NCBI GenBank assembly: GCA_016844925.1 | Contig: JAERTI010000020.1 | Span: 97 to 64,096, forward strand | Direction: 5' to 3' | Origin: Candidatus Uhrbacteria bacterium | GTDB taxonomy: Bacteria; Patescibacteriota; Patescibacteriia; UBA9934; GWF2-40-263 | Length of the DNA: 64,000 nt | Shown here: positions 44,946 through 54,467 of the stretch, piece after piece | Layout: each line of letters opens with the position of its first letter | How positions within the stretch are numbered: the stretch's first letter is position 1 | Position numbers and translations under genes: made by a program | The notes under the pieces: generated by a model | Database searches by the model: none | What the model was told of the DNA's origin: nothing | The model's input: the letters and a program-made list of their open reading frames with translations, nothing else

Positions 44946-45045
44946 GTCAACACGACTCCCCACCTCACGCAGGTGGGTTTTTTAATCCTCGACTGTTTGG
45001 CTGGGTTTGATACCATATGGTGTATAAGCAAATGGAAATGGGGCT

Positions 45046-45600
45046 ATGATTGAAACACAGCGACTTTTTTTTGGGATTCCGCTTCCTGAGCATGTGAAGG
45101 AAGAAATTTCTCGGCTCCAGGTGAAGCTCAGGAGACAGCTCCCTGATCAGCAAGTAAAGTGGGTGAGGCCTAGAACCTCTCACGTCACATTGCACTTTCT
45201 AGGCGATGTGGAGGTTCATCGAATACAGCCATTGATCGGACGTATCGAGCAGGAGCGGTTCTTGGATCCGTTCGAGCTCCAGTTAACGGACATCGATGCA
45301 TTTCCCTCTATGCGTAAGCCAAAGGTCCTCATCTTGCGGACAAGCATGCACGCCTCTTTACATGCTCTACGGGAAGAGATTGCCGATGTGATTCACTCGT
45401 GCGGGTTCGATGTTGATGAGCGGAAGTTCCAGCCGCACATCACGCTAGGTCGCGTTCAGTCGCTGGTGGGTGCTCTCGAGGTGGGGGAGGTGAACATCAA
45501 ACCAGTAACCTTCGCTGTCGATCAGGTGAATCTTTACCAAAGCACGCTGACACCGACGGGCAGTATCTATACCCCTATTCATACAATTCACTTAACCTAA
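45046..45600 (+). CDS. thpR: RNA 2',3'-cyclic phosphodiesterase (LigT/ThpR, 2H phosphoesterase)
   Basis: Two H-x-T-x motifs: HVTLHFLG and HITLGRV. Confidence 0.7.
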   Translation: MIETQRLFFGIPLPEHVKEEISRLQVKLRRQLPDQQVKWVRPRTSHVTLHFLGDVEVHRIQPLIGRIEQERFLDPFELQLTDIDAFPSMRKPKVLILRTSMHASLHALREEIADVIHSCGFDVDERKFQPHITLGRVQSLVGALEVGEVNIKPVTFAVDQVNLYQSTLTPTGSIYTPIHTIHLT

Positions 45601-45612
45601 GTGTTGAACCAT

Positions 45613-45852
45613 ATGCAGGAATACAAAAACATCGAAGGGCGCTCCACCATTAAGGCCTATGAGTACGACGATGATTCCATCACTGTCGAGTTTGGTGCAC
45701 CAAGTCACAGTGGGGCAACGGTGTATGTGTACACGCGAGAGAGTGTTGGTGATTACCACCTGAGTCAAATGAAAACGCATGCAGATGAGGGGATCGGCTT
45801 GCTTTCCTATATCGACCGAAACGTGCGCAAGAAGTACGCGGAGAAACGTTAG
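45613..45852 (+). CDS. KTSC-domain protein
   Basis: ITVEF...G..Y.Y pattern. Small beta-rich protein. Confidence 0.4.
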   Translation: MQEYKNIEGRSTIKAYEYDDDSITVEFGAPSHSGATVYVYTRESVGDYHLSQMKTHADEGIGLLSYIDRNVRKKYAEKR

Positions 45853-45857
45853 TACAC

Positions 45858-46478
45858 ATGAAGGGGGGTGCGGCACCAACAATGTTTACCTCTAAGGTGG
45901 TGGCTCGACAGTTCGTGGCGGGGACGTTTTTTGCGTACCTGTTTGGTGGCGGGCTCATGTTTACCAGGACCATTGATTTTTCTCACGAGCATGAATGGTT
46001 CCTTGGTGTTTTATTTTTTGCATCGGCTGCACTACTTTTGTTGCCAAGGTTTCTTCATCAGACGATTCGTGCGTTTCAAACACAGGTCAGCGAGGTGTCC
46101 CTTGCCAGGTTTGAAGTCCTTTTGACCAGCGCCATGTTTCTCTCATGGATGGGGTCTATGGGGCTGTACCGCGCCGGGATTGGTTACGATTCTTTTGTGC
46201 ATTTTTCTACATCCGTGATGGCAGCATTTGCCTTGTCGATTCCACTTGCTGCTCTGATGCGCACGAAACGTTCGCAGGTGTTCATGACCCTTGTGGGGTT
46301 GGTGATCCTTCTAGGGCTCTTCGTGGAGTTTGGAGAGTGGTTCGGTGATGTGGTTGTTGGGACAACCATGTTCGGTGAGCTTGGGCAGCCAGGTGATACG
46401 TATCGAGATCTTGTTTATGATGCGCTTGGGGCCGTAGTGGGGTCTGCGTTGGTGGTTTCTCGTTGGAGTCAATCGTAA
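45858..46478 (+). CDS. Hypothetical membrane protein
   Basis: Four to five hydrophobic helices. No motif. Confidence 0.4.
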   Translation: MKGGAAPTMFTSKVVARQFVAGTFFAYLFGGGLMFTRTIDFSHEHEWFLGVLFFASAALLLLPRFLHQTIRAFQTQVSEVSLARFEVLLTSAMFLSWMGSMGLYRAGIGYDSFVHFSTSVMAAFALSIPLAALMRTKRSQVFMTLVGLVILLGLFVEFGEWFGDVVVGTTMFGELGQPGDTYRDLVYDALGAVVGSALVVSRWSQS

Positions 46479-46493
46479 TTATTTGTAGATACT

Positions 46494-47162
46494 ATGAACA
46501 CACCCAAACTCGTCTTATTAGATTTCGATGGTGTTGTCGTTGAGGGTTCCAACGAGGCGTACTTTGATTGCTACCACAAGGCCGTTGAGGCTGTGGGGGT
46601 TTCTCTCGATCCAAACGTTGAGCATGAGCGTGTGATTCAAGGTTGGGGGAGTGGGCACGTTGAGCAGCTTGAGATTATCTTGGCCGAGCATCCTGATAAA
46701 GTTGAACAGGCTGGAGGTGTTTGGGTGACTTGCGTTGAGTCGCCCGCGTTTTGGGATCAAGTGAGGATGGTCGATGGAGCCAAGGAGGCGATTGAGCTAA
46801 TGAGCCAACATGTGCCAGTGGCGATTGTCAGTGGAACACGGGTGCGTCACATTGAGCCGATGTTAGAGAGAGGAGGTGTCACGAGTATCTCAGCGATCTA
46901 TTCTTCCTACGACGTTCCTTCAGAGCTCAAGAAGCCTCACCCGCATACTTTGGAACTGGCGCTTAAAACGTTTGAGGTACAAGCGAAGGATGCCATTTAT
47001 GTCGGGGACATGCTCAATGACATTGTCATGGCACGTGGGGCTGGAGTGCGTCCCGTGGCAGTGCTTACAGGAGAACTTGATACACCCACTGCAGAAGCAA
47101 AAAACGTTGAATTTATTGGAGAAAATCTTCTCTCCGTGGCAAAGAACTACTTTTCAAATTAG
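46494..47162 (+). CDS. HAD-superfamily hydrolase (phosphatase)
   Basis: Motif I LLDFDGVVV and motif IV YVGDMLNDI. Confidence 0.7.
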   Translation: MNTPKLVLLDFDGVVVEGSNEAYFDCYHKAVEAVGVSLDPNVEHERVIQGWGSGHVEQLEIILAEHPDKVEQAGGVWVTCVESPAFWDQVRMVDGAKEAIELMSQHVPVAIVSGTRVRHIEPMLERGGVTSISAIYSSYDVPSELKKPHPHTLELALKTFEVQAKDAIYVGDMLNDIVMARGAGVRPVAVLTGELDTPTAEAKNVEFIGENLLSVAKNYFSN

Positions 47163-47241
47163 AGAGTAATAAGCACTCTAAGGGTTGATCCATAGAGTGC
47201 TTTTTGTTACGCTCGCAGCCTCATCAACCGGAGGTGGCCCC

Positions 47242-47781
47242 ATGGCCTTGCGTGAGCTTTTTTCAGAACAGCAGATTCGAGACGCGGTGCTTCGCATCGC
47301 ACAGGAGATCTCTCAAGACTTCCAGGACCAGGAGATCACGCTCGTGTGCGTGCTCAAGGGATCCTTCCTCTTCACGGCTGACCTGGCTCGAGCGATCGAG
47401 CGGGTTGCGGCGTCCGGCAAGGGGGTCAAGACCTGTCGGATTGAGTTCATGCGCGCATCCTCCTACGGGGACAGCGAAGAGCCCGGCGATGTGGAGATCA
47501 AGCTGGACCTGGATCGCTCGCTGCGCGGGCTCAACGTCATCCTGGTCGAGGACATCGCTGACACCTGCCAGACGCTGGCCAAGCTGCAGGCGCACCTGGC
47601 CCTGAAGGGGCCGCATGATCTGCGCACGGCTGTGCTGCTCACCAAGCCGCACAAGCACGAGCTCGAGGTCCAGATGGACTACGTTGGCATCGTGGGCGAC
47701 GGCGTCGGTTTCGTGGTCGGCTACGGCATGGACAACGCTGGCACCATGCGCGGGCTCCCGTACATCGGTGTGATCGAGTAG
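47242..47781 (+). CDS. hpt: Hypoxanthine-guanine phosphoribosyltransferase; GC-rich
   Basis: PRPP-binding loop VILVEDIADTCQTL. SD GGAGG before the ATG at 47242. About 60% or higher GC. Confidence 0.75.
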   Translation: MALRELFSEQQIRDAVLRIAQEISQDFQDQEITLVCVLKGSFLFTADLARAIERVAASGKGVKTCRIEFMRASSYGDSEEPGDVEIKLDLDRSLRGLNVILVEDIADTCQTLAKLQAHLALKGPHDLRTAVLLTKPHKHELEVQMDYVGIVGDGVGFVVGYGMDNAGTMRGLPYIGVIE

Positions 47782-47831
47782 AAGACGCTGCCAAGGACAC
47801 CCTTGGCTTTTTTGTTTATACTGTTTCCGTT

Positions 47832-48608
47832 ATGTCCGTGCTCTACCAAACAACCGGCATTGTGCTTTCCAGACGTGACCATAAAGAGGTCGACCGTTGG
47901 TACAGCGTCTTTACCCCTGATAGGGGAAAGGTGGAGTTTTTGGCTCGTGGTGGGCATAAACCCCTAGCCAAACTCACACCGCACCTGGAGAGCCTGGCCG
48001 TGGTTGATCTGTTGCTTGTGTACGGTCGCTACTATCAAACAGTCGCTGGGGTGGATCGACTCAAGTCATACGCACGTGTGCATGGAGACTTGTCTCGATC
48101 AGTCCTGGCACAGAACGCTCTGCATCTGGTAGATATCGGTACACGTGCTGATGAGTCCGATCCCTATATCTATGAGCTCATCGAACACTGGCTTGATTTC
48201 CTTGATCAAGACGTGACGCTCACGGCTGAGCGCGCAGGCTTCCTGTTGGGAAGCTTTGCCTTGAAGCTTTTAGGGCTCGTTGGATACCACCCAGAGTTGC
48301 TTAGTTGCCTGGGATGTCGCATGAACATTGGTCCCGGGCAGTATCGCTGGCATGGCCTGCGCGGAGGGGTCGTGTGCTCCCGGTGCACCTCGATTGACCA
48401 GGAGCAATGGTTCTCAGCAAGGCCCATGACAGATACAGCACTGAAGCTTGTTCGGTTTGCTCTGAGTGAATCATTTGATTCTCAGCTACGACCGCATCTG
48501 TCAGGGGAAGATCTCACTGGTTTCCATGAGGCCGTAGAATCCCTTATGATTTCGCATTTTCCCACCATTCCGGCTAGCTCATTGAGGGGGGCCTGCAGGG
48601 TGTGTTAA
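47832..48608 (+). CDS. recO: DNA repair protein RecO
   Basis: N-terminal OB fold plus C-terminal CxxC...CxxC zinc finger (CLGC...CSRC). Confidence 0.7.
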   Translation: MSVLYQTTGIVLSRRDHKEVDRWYSVFTPDRGKVEFLARGGHKPLAKLTPHLESLAVVDLLLVYGRYYQTVAGVDRLKSYARVHGDLSRSVLAQNALHLVDIGTRADESDPYIYELIEHWLDFLDQDVTLTAERAGFLLGSFALKLLGLVGYHPELLSCLGCRMNIGPGQYRWHGLRGGVVCSRCTSIDQEQWFSARPMTDTALKLVRFALSESFDSQLRPHLSGEDLTGFHEAVESLMISHFPTIPASSLRGACRVC

Positions 48609-48628
48609 GGTTCTTTCAACAAAACATT

Positions 48629-49939
48629 ATGACTACAACTACCGTATCTAAGATCTCCGACCATGTTGGGCAAGACGTCGAATTAAAAGGTTGGTGCTAT
48701 AACTTCCGTTCAAGCGGAAAGATTTTTTTTCTCCAGTTCCGCGACGGAACAGGGCGCGTACAGGTCGTCTATTCTAAGGGCGATCTCTCTGAGGAGCAGT
48801 GGGAAGCACTGCAGTCGATCAGGCTCGAGTCATCCGTAATCTTGTCAGGGCTCGTAAAAGAAGATTCACGTGCGCCATCAGGGTTCGAACTTGAAGGTCG
48901 TGGTATTACTGTCGTACAGGTGGCCGAAGAGGGGTACCCCATCGGGAAGAAAGATCATGGTCCAGATTTCCTACTCGACAACCGACATCTTTGGTTGCGC
49001 TCTGAGCGTCAGTGGGCTGTGCAACGCGTGCGTGATCAAATTATTCGATCAACCTATGACTGGTTCCAGGAGAATGGATTCGTAAAGTTTGATACACCCG
49101 TGCTGACTCCGACCTCCTGTGAGGGGACAACAGAGCTGTTTGAGATGGACTACTTCAGCGGCGAAGGGGATGAGACAAAGGCGTACCTCGCACAGTCCGG
49201 ACAGCTGTACTTGGAGGCGGGGATTATGTCGCTTGGACGTGCGTTTGATTTTGGCCCCGTGTTCCGCGCAGAAAAATCAAAGACACGTCGTCACCTCACA
49301 GAGTTCTGGATGATGGATGCGGAGGGGGCCTATGTGGAGCACAAAGAGAACATGGAAATTCAGGAGGCGCTCATCTGCCGAATTGTAAAGGATGTCATGG
49401 AGAAGCGTGCGCACGAGCTGAAGGTGCTAGAGCGCGATGTGGAAGCTCTTGCAAAGGTGCAAGCACCGTTTCCACGACTGACACATGCCGAGGCTGTGGC
49501 GAAGTTGCGTGAGCTCGGAAGTGATATTGGTGATAAGGATGACCTGGGGGCCGACGATGAAACCATTCTGACAAAGCAGTACGACAAACCGATTTTTATC
49601 GAGAAGTATCCGGCAGAGGTGAAAGCGTTCTACATGAAGCGCGACCCAGAGAACGAGGGGCTCGCTCTCAACAACGACCTGCTCGCACCAGAGGGGTATG
49701 GCGAGATCATCGGTGGGTCTCAGCGCGAGGATGATTACGAGACGCTCATGAAACGCATTGCCGAGCACGATCTCGATCCTGAACCATTCCAGTGGTATGT
49801 GGATTTGCGACGCTACGGCTCCGTACCGCACTCAGGATTCGGGTATGGCCTCGAGCGCATCGTGGCGTGGGTCTGTGGTTTGCATCACGTGCGTGAGACG
49901 ATTCCATTCCCACGACTTATCAATCGCATTAGTCCGTAA
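48629..49939 (+). CDS. asnS: Asparaginyl-tRNA synthetase
   Basis: Class II motifs. FRAEKSKTRRHLTEFWMMDAE is AsnRS-like. Confidence 0.8.
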   Translation: MTTTTVSKISDHVGQDVELKGWCYNFRSSGKIFFLQFRDGTGRVQVVYSKGDLSEEQWEALQSIRLESSVILSGLVKEDSRAPSGFELEGRGITVVQVAEEGYPIGKKDHGPDFLLDNRHLWLRSERQWAVQRVRDQIIRSTYDWFQENGFVKFDTPVLTPTSCEGTTELFEMDYFSGEGDETKAYLAQSGQLYLEAGIMSLGRAFDFGPVFRAEKSKTRRHLTEFWMMDAEGAYVEHKENMEIQEALICRIVKDVMEKRAHELKVLERDVEALAKVQAPFPRLTHAEAVAKLRELGSDIGDKDDLGADDETILTKQYDKPIFIEKYPAEVKAFYMKRDPENEGLALNNDLLAPEGYGEIIGGSQREDDYETLMKRIAEHDLDPEPFQWYVDLRRYGSVPHSGFGYGLERIVAWVCGLHHVRETIPFPRLINRISP

Positions 49940-49950
49940 TTCCAAAACAT

Positions 49951-50088
49951 ATGAAAAGCCAATACTGGTTTCTGCTAGTTCTAGCAATAGCCGTATTGGG
50001 GGGATTACTCGCGGGACAGTGGCTCTCGTCTAGTGAGTATTCGTTTTTAGTGGGGGATGAAGAGGTTGAGGGGGTGATCGTCGACTAA
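49951..50088 (+). CDS. Possible 45-aa membrane/secreted micro-protein, not in the ORF track
   Basis: Translates to MKSQYWFLLVLAIAVLGGLLAGQWLSSSEYSFLVGDEEVEGVIVD. Weak; no SD. Confidence 0.2.
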   Translation: MKSQYWFLLVLAIAVLGGLLAGQWLSSSEYSFLVGDEEVEGVIVD

Positions 50089-50256
50089 GTTGACACCCCT
50101 GAGAGGATGCGGAACAATAGATTCCGATATGATCATGTTGACGAGCTCTGTGGATAATAATGATGATCCCCAGCAACGCTGGTCATGTTTGACTCTCTCT
50201 TAAGAAAGTAAACAAGGCCGGCTCACGCTGGCCTTTTTCAATTCTATTAGAACTAT

Positions 50257-51660
50257 ATGCAACGAACGTGGATCGAGGAAACAACTGAAAAAATAGGCGA
50301 AACCGTGCGTCTCAACGGTTGGGTACATCGCCTGCGGAAGATGGGGGATAAGCTGGTATTCGTGGATCTTCGTGATGGTTCAGGTTTGTGTCAGGTGGTG
50401 TTTTATAAGCCTGATCTTGATGAGGAAACAGCAGCGCGCGTAGATGAGCTTAAGCCGGAGTTTGTGATCCAGGTTGAGGGGATCGTCAATAAGCGCAGCG
50501 AGAAACAGGTGAATGCGGACTTGCCCACAGGAACCGTCGAAATTGGAGCGAGTGGACTTACGGTACTGAACACGGCACTGACGCCACCGTTTGAGATTGA
50601 TAAGGATAGCTCGGCGGTGAACGAAGAGCTTCGTCTCAAGTATCGCTATCTTGATCTGAGGACCGAGCGCATGCAGCGCAACATTCGTATGCGCGACGAG
50701 ATTGTTCAGTTCTTCCGCAATTACATGCACGAGAATCGATTCATTGAGATCGAGACACCTATTTTGATGAAGGGGACCCCTGAGGGGGCGCGAGAGTTTG
50801 TGGTGCCATCCCGTTTGCATGCAGGAAAGTTTTACGTGCTTCCACAGTCACCACAACAGTTTAAGCAGCTTTCCATGGTGGCTGGGTTTGAGCGCTACTT
50901 CCAGATCGCGCGCTGTTTCCGTGATGAGGACCAGCGCGGAGATCGTCAGCCAGAGTTTACGCAGTTGGACTTTGAAATGTCATTCGTCGAGCGCGAGGAT
51001 GTGCTCTCTTACACCGAGGAGATGTTTATTAAACTCGTCGAGACATTGTTTCCAGAGAAGCGAATCTCAAGCAAGCCGTTCCCACGGTTTACGCACGCAG
51101 AGGCTATGGAGAAGTTTGGGACAGATAAGCCGGACCTTCGTGAGAACAAAGATGATCCCAATGAACTCGCGTTTGGTTGGATTGTAGACTTCCCAATGTT
51201 TGAGACGCTCGAGGATGGAACAATTCAGTCACAGCATCATCCTTTCTGTTCAATCCACCCAGAGGACATGGAAAAGCTCGATTCAGATCCGATGAGTGTG
51301 CGAGCTGATGCCTATGACCTATTCCTCAACGGCTATGAGCTCTCTAGTGGATCTATTCGTATCCACGAGCGGGAGATGCAGAAAAAGATCTTTGATATTT
51401 TAGGAATCGATGATGAGGAGCAGGAGGCGCGTTTCGGACACATGCTTGATGCGTTCACTTACGGTGCTCCGCCTCATGGAGGGTTCGCTCCTGGTATCGA
51501 TCGTATCGTCATGTTGATGGCTGGAGAGCCAAATATTCGAGAGGTTATCCCGTTCCCTAAGACGGGAGATGCCCGGGATCCGATGATGGATGCTCCGTCC
51601 ACACTCGAGCAGCGTCGTCTTGATGATGTACATATCAAGCTCGATGTAAAAAATGACTAA
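50257..51660 (+). CDS. aspS: Aspartyl-tRNA synthetase, short bacterial type (467 aa, apparently lacking the GAD insertion)
   Basis: FRDEDQRGDRQPEFTQLDFEMSF and GAPPHGGFAPGIDR class II motifs. Confidence 0.85.
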   Translation: MQRTWIEETTEKIGETVRLNGWVHRLRKMGDKLVFVDLRDGSGLCQVVFYKPDLDEETAARVDELKPEFVIQVEGIVNKRSEKQVNADLPTGTVEIGASGLTVLNTALTPPFEIDKDSSAVNEELRLKYRYLDLRTERMQRNIRMRDEIVQFFRNYMHENRFIEIETPILMKGTPEGAREFVVPSRLHAGKFYVLPQSPQQFKQLSMVAGFERYFQIARCFRDEDQRGDRQPEFTQLDFEMSFVEREDVLSYTEEMFIKLVETLFPEKRISSKPFPRFTHAEAMEKFGTDKPDLRENKDDPNELAFGWIVDFPMFETLEDGTIQSQHHPFCSIHPEDMEKLDSDPMSVRADAYDLFLNGYELSSGSIRIHEREMQKKIFDILGIDDEEQEARFGHMLDAFTYGAPPHGGFAPGIDRIVMLMAGEPNIREVIPFPKTGDARDPMMDAPSTLEQRRLDDVHIKLDVKND

Positions 51661-51740
51661 ATTTAGTCAAAACCTCGTCACCTGATGACGAGGTTTTTGT
51701 TTTGCTCAGGGTGCTATGAGCTGGTACAATACAGCCTGTT

Positions 51741-52439
51741 ATGTCGTTTGAAGTGAAACTGGAACAGTTCGATGGGCCGCTACACTTGCTCTTGGATTTG
51801 ATTGAGTCACAGGAGCTGCCTATTACAGATGTCTCTCTTGCTCAGGTGACGGAGACGTATCTGGATCACGTGAATGCAAATGAGGTGCCCCCTGCGGAGT
51901 TAGCTGATTTTCTGGTCGTCGCGACAAAACTGCTTCTCATCAAGTCACGTGCCATTCTGCCTGTACCAGAAGAAGAGGTAAAAGAAGATCCGTCCACGCT
52001 CGCTTTGCAACTTAGGCTCTATAAAGAATTCGTCGAAGCATCGAAGCAGCTTGAGGCGATGTGGGATGGACCACAGTGTTCGTTTGGTCGTGCGCAGGCA
52101 GATATCATCAAGGCTCAGGGGTTCACATTAGCGCCAGGTGTTGATGTGGACTCGCTCCAGGGTTCATTCACGCGGCTGCTCAAGCGCCTAGAGCCGTTTT
52201 TCAAAATTCAACAGGCGGCCATGGAGCGGGTGGTGTCGGTGAAGGAGCGGCTGCGAGAGATTCATGATGCCATCTTGTCTCGGTCGCAGATGCACTTCTC
52301 GCATGTGGTGAAGGGGGCGAAGAATAAAGTGGATGTCGTCGTCTCGTTCCTGGCGCTGCTCGAACTTGTGAAGCAGCGGGTGGTGACGACGGTGCAGTCA
52401 GACAGTTTTCAAGATATAGAGATTAAGCGGATCGATTAG
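51741..52439 (+). CDS. scpA: Segregation and condensation protein A
   Basis: LEQFDGPLHLLLDLIESQELPITDVSLAQVT. Confidence 0.8.
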   Translation: MSFEVKLEQFDGPLHLLLDLIESQELPITDVSLAQVTETYLDHVNANEVPPAELADFLVVATKLLLIKSRAILPVPEEEVKEDPSTLALQLRLYKEFVEASKQLEAMWDGPQCSFGRAQADIIKAQGFTLAPGVDVDSLQGSFTRLLKRLEPFFKIQQAAMERVVSVKERLREIHDAILSRSQMHFSHVVKGAKNKVDVVVSFLALLELVKQRVVTTVQSDSFQDIEIKRID

Positions 52440-52441
52440 GT

Positions 52442-52996
52442 ATGATTACAACAACGATTGAAGCCGTATTGTTCGCGGCGGCTAAGCCCATCAAACTCAG
52501 TCAGCTGCAAAAACACCTCGATCTCTCTGAGGAGGTTGTGCGCGAGGCACTTGATGACATCGTGGCACGTTTCAACACAGAGAACTCAGGAATTCACGTG
52601 CTTGAGAACAAGGGAGCTGTGCAGTTTGTCACCAATCCTTCGACAGGGGAGGACTTAACGAAGTTTCTTAAGAAGGAAGCATCTGGGCCACTCACACGTC
52701 CAAGCCTCGAGACGCTCACGATCATTGCCTACCGCGGACCGATTACCAAGCCAGAGATCGAGATGATCCGCGGAGTGAACTGCTCCATGATTTTGAGGAA
52801 TCTGTTGATCCGAGGGTACATCGATGAAGTGCAGGACGCGGAGCGACTCCAGAGTGTCTACAGTCTTTCCAATACCTTCATGCAGGCTGTGGGGGTAGAT
52901 AAAGTCGAGAGCCTCCCAGATTACGAGGCGTTTGCACAGAATGAAAAAATCGCTGAGCTTCTCGCGCAGGAGCCTGAGTCTGAGGGAGAACTATGA
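52442..52996 (+). CDS. scpB: Segregation and condensation protein B
   Basis: IEAVLFAAAKPIKLSQL. Tandem winged-helix pattern. Confidence 0.8.
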   Translation: MITTTIEAVLFAAAKPIKLSQLQKHLDLSEEVVREALDDIVARFNTENSGIHVLENKGAVQFVTNPSTGEDLTKFLKKEASGPLTRPSLETLTIIAYRGPITKPEIEMIRGVNCSMILRNLLIRGYIDEVQDAERLQSVYSLSNTFMQAVGVDKVESLPDYEAFAQNEKIAELLAQEPESEGEL

Positions 52997-53970
52997 TCAT
53001 CAAGCTTTTCTCACAATTGCTCATTGTCGGTGCTTTAATGCAGCTTGCTCCAGTGGATGCCGGGGCTATTCAGGATCGTGCAACGCTACCTGATGCTCCA
53101 GAGCGCGGCTTTGATTTGCTTGCTGCTCATGATGTCCTTACTAGCAGTCTTCCCGAGGCAAAGAATAGAGATGTTGCCCCTGTGAGTGTTCGGCCTACGT
53201 CTGTTGGGGTGGTAACGAGTGCACAGAGCGCCATTGTGATGGATCGCGCTTCCGGTGAGGTGTTGTTCGAGAAAAACGTGCACACCCCTCGGGCCATCGG
53301 TTCGATTACCAAGCTCATGACGGCGCACGTGTTTCTTGGGGGGAACCCAGATTTGGATGCGCCAGCAACACTCCTCTCTCAAGATATTCGTTTGGGAGCC
53401 TCCCAACATCTTTCGCTCAGCGATACGTATACCGTACGTGGTCTTCTCGAAGCGAGTCTGATCGGTTCGGATAATACGGCGACCGCGGCGCTTGCGCGTC
53501 TTTCCGGACTTTCGTTGGGAGACTTTGTGGCGCGCATGAATGAGGAGGCGGCGGTGCTAGGCATGCAGCATACGACGTTTGCTGATACCACAGGCCTTTC
53601 ATCGAATAACCGTTCTGTCGTGAGTGATATTGCCATCATGTTGGATAAGTTATTTGAAAACGAACTTTTGCAAGAAGTAACTCAGATGCCCACGGCCACC
53701 ATTGTGGGGACTTCTGGTCGAAGTTACTTTATCCAGACAACAGACGATTTACTTACGACATTTGTCAACGAACCCCCTTACGGCATTGTTGGGGCCAAGA
53801 CAGGGTTCCTTCCTGAGGCAGGATATTGCCTAGGAACGGTGTTTGATCACGAGGATGCTGGTGAGTTGATTGTGGTGGTGCTTGGTTCTAACAGTAAGAA
53901 GGGAAGGTTTCAAGATGTAAAGTCACTTGCTGTCTGGGCGTACGATACTTTTGCTTGGCAAACACTATGA
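52993..53970 (+). CDS. dacA: D-alanyl-D-alanine carboxypeptidase (serine-type, PBP5-like)
   Basis: SITK (SxxK) and SDN motifs, with a signal peptide. Confidence 0.7.
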   Translation: MIIKLFSQLLIVGALMQLAPVDAGAIQDRATLPDAPERGFDLLAAHDVLTSSLPEAKNRDVAPVSVRPTSVGVVTSAQSAIVMDRASGEVLFEKNVHTPRAIGSITKLMTAHVFLGGNPDLDAPATLLSQDIRLGASQHLSLSDTYTVRGLLEASLIGSDNTATAALARLSGLSLGDFVARMNEEAAVLGMQHTTFADTTGLSSNNRSVVSDIAIMLDKLFENELLQEVTQMPTATIVGTSGRSYFIQTTDDLLTTFVNEPPYGIVGAKTGFLPEAGYCLGTVFDHEDAGELIVVVLGSNSKKGRFQDVKSLAVWAYDTFAWQTL

Positions 53971-54467
53971 TAGAGACGTTGCTTCAATGGTTTGAGTCAG
54001 TTCCGCCTGAGTTGGCTACAGCGCTCATGGCGGCACTTCCCGTGACAGAGCTTCGTGCCGCGCTTCCTGTGGCGCTTACATTTTTCGATTTGAATCCGTT
54101 CGTAGCATACGCCAGTGCAGTGATCGGTAACCTGGTTCCCGTTGTGTTTCTTTACGCCGTTCTTCCGAAGATGATCGTGTGGGCGACTGAACACTTTCCA
54201 CCATTAGAGAAAGCCATGAAGGTCTGGTTTGCAAAACTGGAACGGCAGTATGGTGAGAACTATTCCAAGTGGGGAGCGTTTTTTCTTCTGCTTTTTGTTG
54301 CTATTCCGTTGCCAGGATCCGGCGCTTGGACGGGAACCGTCTTAGCGATTTTGTTTAACATTAAGCGCGAGCTTGCGATTCCATACATTGTGATCGGTGT
54401 GATGATCGCTGGGCTTCTTATCTTCGGACTCACAGAAGGAGTCTTTGCTGGCCTACAATTGCTATGA
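53955..54467 (+). CDS. Small membrane protein of the putative small multidrug export family (COG2426-like)
   Basis: TELRAALPVAL motif. Four TM segments. Confidence 0.45.
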   Translation: MANTMIETLLQWFESVPPELATALMAALPVTELRAALPVALTFFDLNPFVAYASAVIGNLVPVVFLYAVLPKMIVWATEHFPPLEKAMKVWFAKLERQYGENYSKWGAFFLLLFVAIPLPGSGAWTGTVLAILFNIKRELAIPYIVIGVMIAGLLIFGLTEGVFAGLQLL

